IMG/VR virus record: IMGVR_UViG_2558860472_000007
Reading direction: 5' to 3' (one strand)
Source of the DNA: a virus
Lineage: Duplodnaviria; Heunggongvirae; Uroviricota; Caudoviricetes
Length of the DNA: 10,207 nucleotides
Position 1 is the stretch's first letter, and each line of letters starts with the position of its first letter. A program made the translations under genes and the position numbers. This document shows, piece by piece, positions 7,111 through 10,207 of this stretch. A model generated the notes under the pieces. That model saw nothing but the letters and a program-made list of their open reading frames with translations. It ran no database searches and had not been told where the DNA came from.

Positions 7111-8273
7111 TGCTGGATGCGCTGACATTTGATGCAGGCAGTACACTGACGCCGGATTATATGCTGATGCTCGACAGCAGGGATATTACCGGCAATATCA
7201 GCGACCGTCTGATGAGCATGACCCTGACGGATAACCGGGGCTTTGAGTCTGACCAGCTTGATATTGAACTGAATGATGCCGACGGGCAGGTCGGGCTGCC
7301 GGTTCGTGGCGCTGTCCTGACGGTGTATATCGGCTGGAAAGGTTTTGCCCTGGTATGCAAAGGGAAATTTACCGTTGATGAGGTCGAACACCGGGGCGCG
7401 CCGGATGTGGTCACCATCCGCGCCCGGAGTGCAGATTTTCGCGGGACGCTCAATTCCCGCCGTGAAGGCTCCTGGCATGACACCACGCTCGGTGCGATTG
7501 TTGAGGCGATAGCCTCCCGTAACAGGCTGGAAGCCAGTGTCGCGCCGTCACTGGCAGGAATTAAAATCCCGCACATCGACCAGTCGCAGGAGTCCGACGC
7601 GAAATTCCTGACCCGTCTTGCAGAACGCAACGGCGGTGAGGTGTCGGTAAAAATGGGAAAACTGTTGTTTCTCAAAGCGGGGCAGGGGGTGACGGCCAGT
7701 GGTAAAAAAATCCCGCAGGTCACCATAACCCGCAGCGACGGCGACCGCCATCATTTTGCGATTGCTGACCGTGGAGCCTATACCGGCGTAACGGCAAAGT
7801 GGTTACACACCAAAGACCCGAAGCCGCAAAAGCAGAAGGTAAAACTGAAACGCAAAAAGAAAGAGAAACACCTGCGCGCACTGGAGCACCCGAAAGCGAA
7901 ACCGGTCAGGCAGAAGAAAGCGCCTAAAGTACCGGAAGCGCGCGAAGGTGAATACATGGCCGGTGAGGCTGACAACGTTTTTGCCCTGACCACGGTATAT
8001 GCCACAAAAGCGCAGGCCATGCGCGCCGCTCAGGCGAAGTGGGATAAACTGCAACGGGGCGTTGCGGAGTTCTCCATCAGCCTGGCTACCGGTCGGGCAG
8101 ATATTTACACGGAAACACCGGTCAAAGTGTCTGGCTTTAAGCGCGTCATAGACGAGCAGGACTGGACAATCACTAAGGTGACACACTTTCTGAATAATTC
8201 CGGCTTCACGACGTCCTTAGAGCTTGAGGTCAGGCTTTCTGATGTGGAGTACGAAACAGAAGATGATGAGTGA
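7110..8273 (+). CDS. D: Tail protein gpD
   Basis: 387-aa ORF, same length and position as P2 D, translationally coupled to U; contains an internal lysine-rich stretch. Confidence 0.9.
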   Translation: MLDALTFDAGSTLTPDYMLMLDSRDITGNISDRLMSMTLTDNRGFESDQLDIELNDADGQVGLPVRGAVLTVYIGWKGFALVCKGKFTVDEVEHRGAPDVVTIRARSADFRGTLNSRREGSWHDTTLGAIVEAIASRNRLEASVAPSLAGIKIPHIDQSQESDAKFLTRLAERNGGEVSVKMGKLLFLKAGQGVTASGKKIPQVTITRSDGDRHHFAIADRGAYTGVTAKWLHTKDPKPQKQKVKLKRKKKEKHLRALEHPKAKPVRQKKAPKVPEAREGEYMAGEADNVFALTTVYATKAQAMRAAQAKWDKLQRGVAEFSISLATGRADIYTETPVKVSGFKRVIDEQDWTITKVTHFLNNSGFTTSLELEVRLSDVEYETEDDE

Positions 8274-8354
8274 TGTTTTTATTTTATCTGTTTGTTTTAT
8301 AAGGATAAATTAACTAAAATGGCACCATCAACAAAACCGGAAGAGGTGCTCGCG

Positions 8355-8573
8355 ATGTTTCATTGTCCTTTATGCCAGCATGCCGCACATGCGCGTACAA
8401 GTCGCTATATCACTGACACGACAAAAGAGCGTTATCACCAGTGCCAGAACGTGAATTGCAGCGCCACGTTCATCACTTATGAGTCGGTACAGCGATACAT
8501 CGTGAAGCCGGGAGAAGTCCACGCCGTAAGACCGCACCCGTTGCCGTCAGGGCAGCAAATTATGTGGATGTAA
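8355..8573 (+). CDS. ogr: Ogr, zinc-finger late-gene transcriptional activator
   Basis: MFHCPLCQHAAHARTSRYITDTTKERYHQCQNVNCSATFITYESVQRYIVKPGEVHAVRPHPLPSGQQIMWM, 72 aa with a Cys4 zinc-finger arrangement (CPLC...CQNVNC), recognised as P2 Ogr / E. coli OgrK. The ORF track extends this to 8292 (93 aa); I take the internal ATG at 8355 as the start because it gives the canonical 72-aa protein. Confidence 0.9.
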   Translation: MFHCPLCQHAAHARTSRYITDTTKERYHQCQNVNCSATFITYESVQRYIVKPGEVHAVRPHPLPSGQQIMWM

Positions 8574-8584
8574 TTACAAACAGG

Positions 8585-8610
8585 AAGCCCCTCAGTCGAG
8601 GGGCTTTTTT
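8585..8610 (+). terminator. Rho-independent terminator downstream of ogr
   Basis: Perfect 7-bp GC-rich stem GCCCCTC / GAGGGGC with a 4-nt loop (AGTC), followed by TTTTTT (8605..8610). Confidence 0.75.
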
Positions 8611-8674
8611 GTCGATGTGGTCAATGTGTGGACGTGACCAGAAATAAATCCTTTTATTTCATTGTATTACGCGT

Positions 8675-8701
8675 AAAAAATAAGCCCGTGTAAGGGAGAT
8701 T
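8675..8701. other. Candidate P2-type attachment core (attR), coinciding with the 3' end of cyaR
   Basis: AAAAAATAAGCCCGTGTAAGGGAGATT matches the P2 att core as I recall it (from memory, not verified). It lies exactly at the transition from phage genes to host genes. Confidence 0.6.
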
Positions 8702-8761
8702 ACACAGGCTAAGGAGGTGGTTCCTGGTACAGCTAGCATTTTATGGGTTATGTTTTTCAGC
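8675..8761 (-). ncRNA. cyaR: CyaR (RyeE) Hfq-dependent small RNA
   Basis: Minus-strand sequence GCTGAAAAACATAACCCATAAAATGCTAGCTGTACCAGGAACCACCTCCTTAGCCTGTGTAATCTCCCTTACACGGGCTTATTTTTT matches CyaR as I remember it: the CACCUCCUUA anti-Shine-Dalgarno-like motif, and a terminator hairpin (GCCUGUGUAA / UUACACGGGC) followed by a U-tract. The gene lies downstream of yegQ, as in E. coli. Confidence 0.8.
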
Positions 8762-8768
8762 GAAACGG

Positions 8769-8811
8769 ATGATAACCTTAATAAATACAGCTGTATGTGA
8801 TCGGTTTCTAA
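8769..8811 (-). promoter_or_regulatory. cyaR promoter: candidate -10 element and class II CRP site
   Basis: On the - strand, TATCAT sits at -13..-8 relative to the inferred cyaR 5' end (plus coords 8769..8774). A CRP-like site TTAGA-N6-TCACA (plus coords 8796..8811) is centred near -42, consistent with the known cAMP-CRP dependence of cyaR. Exact transcription start is inferred. Confidence 0.5.
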
Positions 8812-8845
8812 GAATTTTCCATCCGGGAAAAATAATCGAAATTAA

Positions 8846-10207
8846 TCACTTACCGTGGGGATTACGCGTGGTTTCCCCGGAGAAATTACGCATCAGCAGC
8901 GCGTAATTGAGCTCAAGATCCTGCGGGACCGGGAGCCACACAGTATAACCATCGCCTGGTGCTATCGGCATAGCTTCGCCTTTGGCGTTTTCCATGTGCT
9001 CAAGGGTAAAATTAATGTTGCCTTGCGGCGTCATCAGCTCAAGGCTGTCGCCAACGGAGAATTTATTTTTCACCGCTACCGCCGCGAGGTCCCCCTTGCG
9101 CTCACCGGTAAACTCACCAACAAACTGCTGGCGGTCAGAAACTGAATAACCGTATTCGTAGTTCTGATAATCGTCGTGAGTATGACGACGCAGGAAACCT
9201 TCAGTATAGCCACGATGCGCCAGACCTTCCAGAGTTTCCAGCAGGCTGGTATCGAACGGTTTTCCCGCAGCGGCGTCATCGATAGCTTTGCGGTAAACCT
9301 GTGCGGTGCGTGCACAATAGTAGAAAGATTTGGTACGACCTTCGATTTTCAGCGAATGCACGCCCATTTTGGTCAGGCGTTCTACATGGGCGATGGCGCG
9401 CAGATCTTTCGAGTTCATGATGTAAGTGCCGTGCTCATCTTCAAACGCGGTCATATACTCGCCCGGACGCTGGGCCTCTTCGATCATAAACACTTTGTCG
9501 GTTGGTGCGCCGATACCCAGCGTCGGCTCAACATTTTGCACCGGAATCGGCTCGTACTTGTGTACGATGTTGCCAACATCATCTTCTTTCCCTTCCTGGA
9601 CGTTGTACTCCCAGCGGCAGGCGTTGGTGCAGGTGCCCTGGTTCGGGTCGCGCTTGTTGATATAGCCAGAGAGCAGGCAGCGACCGGAGTAGGCCATGCA
9701 CAGCGCGCCGTGAACGAAGATCTCGATCTCCATATCCGGCACCTGATTGCGGATCTCTTCAATCTCTTCCAGCGACAGCTCGCGAGAGAGGATCACGCGG
9801 GTCAGGCCCATTTGCTGCCAGAATTTCACCGTCGCCCAGTTCACGGCGTTAGCCTGCACCGAAAGGTGGATCGGCATTTCAGGGAAGTGCTCACGCACCA
9901 GCATAATCAGCCCTGGATCGGACATAATCAGCGCATCCGGCCCCATTTCCACCACCGGTTTCAGGTCACGGATAAAGGTTTTCAGCTTGGCGTTGTGCGG
10001 TGCAATGTTGACCACGACATAAAACTTTTTCCCCAGCGCGTGGGCTTCATTGATGCCGAGCTGAAGATTTTCGTGGTTGAATTCGTTGTTGCGCACACGC
10101 AGGGAATAACGCGGCTGGCCCGCATAAACAGCATCTGCGCCATAAGCGAAAGCGTAACGCATATTTTTCAGCGTTCCCGCCGGGGAAAGGAGTTCCGGTT
10201 TAAACAT
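8846..10207 (-). CDS. yegQ: Peptidase U32-family protein YegQ/TrhP (tRNA U34 hydroxylation)
   Basis: 453-aa ORF MFKPELLSPAGTLKNMRYAFAYGADAVYAGQPRYSLRVRNNEFNHENLQLG... recognised as E. coli YegQ. Its start codon is the last three bases of the window, so the promoter is outside. Confidence 0.93.
   Translation of the reverse strand: MFKPELLSPAGTLKNMRYAFAYGADAVYAGQPRYSLRVRNNEFNHENLQLGINEAHALGKKFYVVVNIAPHNAKLKTFIRDLKPVVEMGPDALIMSDPGLIMLVREHFPEMPIHLSVQANAVNWATVKFWQQMGLTRVILSRELSLEEIEEIRNQVPDMEIEIFVHGALCMAYSGRCLLSGYINKRDPNQGTCTNACRWEYNVQEGKEDDVGNIVHKYEPIPVQNVEPTLGIGAPTDKVFMIEEAQRPGEYMTAFEDEHGTYIMNSKDLRAIAHVERLTKMGVHSLKIEGRTKSFYYCARTAQVYRKAIDDAAAGKPFDTSLLETLEGLAHRGYTEGFLRRHTHDDYQNYEYGYSVSDRQQFVGEFTGERKGDLAAVAVKNKFSVGDSLELMTPQGNINFTLEHMENAKGEAMPIAPGDGYTVWLPVPQDLELNYALLMRNFSGETTRNPHGK

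Larger units (their letters stand above)
1..8701. mobile_element. P2-like prophage, right-hand tail/late-gene portion (partial; continues upstream of the window), ending at the attR core
   Basis: Contiguous block of P2-type genes in canonical P2 order and lengths (FI-FII-E/E'-T-U-D-ogr), followed by a P2-type att core (from memory) and then host genes cyaR and yegQ. Left boundary is not in the window. Confidence 0.85.

Noticed and set aside
7020-8186. Minus-strand ORFs inside U and D (7020..7478, 7157..7726, 7548..7754, 7778..8020, 7803..8186)
   Set aside because: Antisense to U and D; several are artefacts of the purine-rich lysine-codon run in D.
8292-8354. N-terminal extension of ogr to 93 aa (upstream in-frame ATGs at 8292 and 8319)
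   Set aside because: The ATG at 8355 gives the canonical 72-aa Ogr starting MFHCPLC; the extension lies in AT-rich promoter-like sequence and has no homology I recognise.
8855-10022. Plus-strand and internal ORFs within yegQ (8855..9145, 9076..9315, 9426..9665, 9484..9762, 9747..10022)
   Set aside because: All are embedded in or antisense to the 453-aa yegQ reading frame.
1-10207. CRISPR arrays, tRNA or rRNA genes, insertion sequences
   Set aside because: No regularly spaced direct repeats, no cloverleaf-compatible tRNA-like segments at the junction (the attachment core lies in the sRNA cyaR), and no transposase-like ORFs or terminal inverted repeats were seen.

Overview
This window is the right-hand (tail/late) end of a P2-like prophage in an Escherichia-type enterobacterial chromosome, running into host DNA. 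I do not see a convincingly undescribed system here: every element fits known P2-family or host biology. The most notable feature is an invertase-driven tail-fibre switch sitting where phage P2 itself carries non-essential cargo. All homology and motif statements are from reading the translations and from memory of published sequences, with no database search run.

Gene order, left to right:
- 3' end of a tail-fibre assembly gene (+), its 5' end lying upstream of the window
- a convergent, inverted alternative tail-fibre assembly gene and a promoterless tail-fibre tip cassette (-)
- a Gin/Pin/Hin/Cin-type recombination crossover site, then the serine-recombinase DNA invertase gene (+)
- the P2 tail operon FI (sheath), FII (tube), E and E+E' (programmed -1 frameshift), T (tape measure), U, D, all on +
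- ogr (late-gene activator) and its intrinsic terminator
- a candidate prophage attR core that coincides with the 3' end of the host sRNA gene cyaR (-)
- the CRP-dependent cyaR promoter and host yegQ/trhP (-)

The tail protein lengths (396, 172, 91, about 142, 815, 159, 387, 72 aa) match my recollection of canonical P2, so the tail module looks intact.
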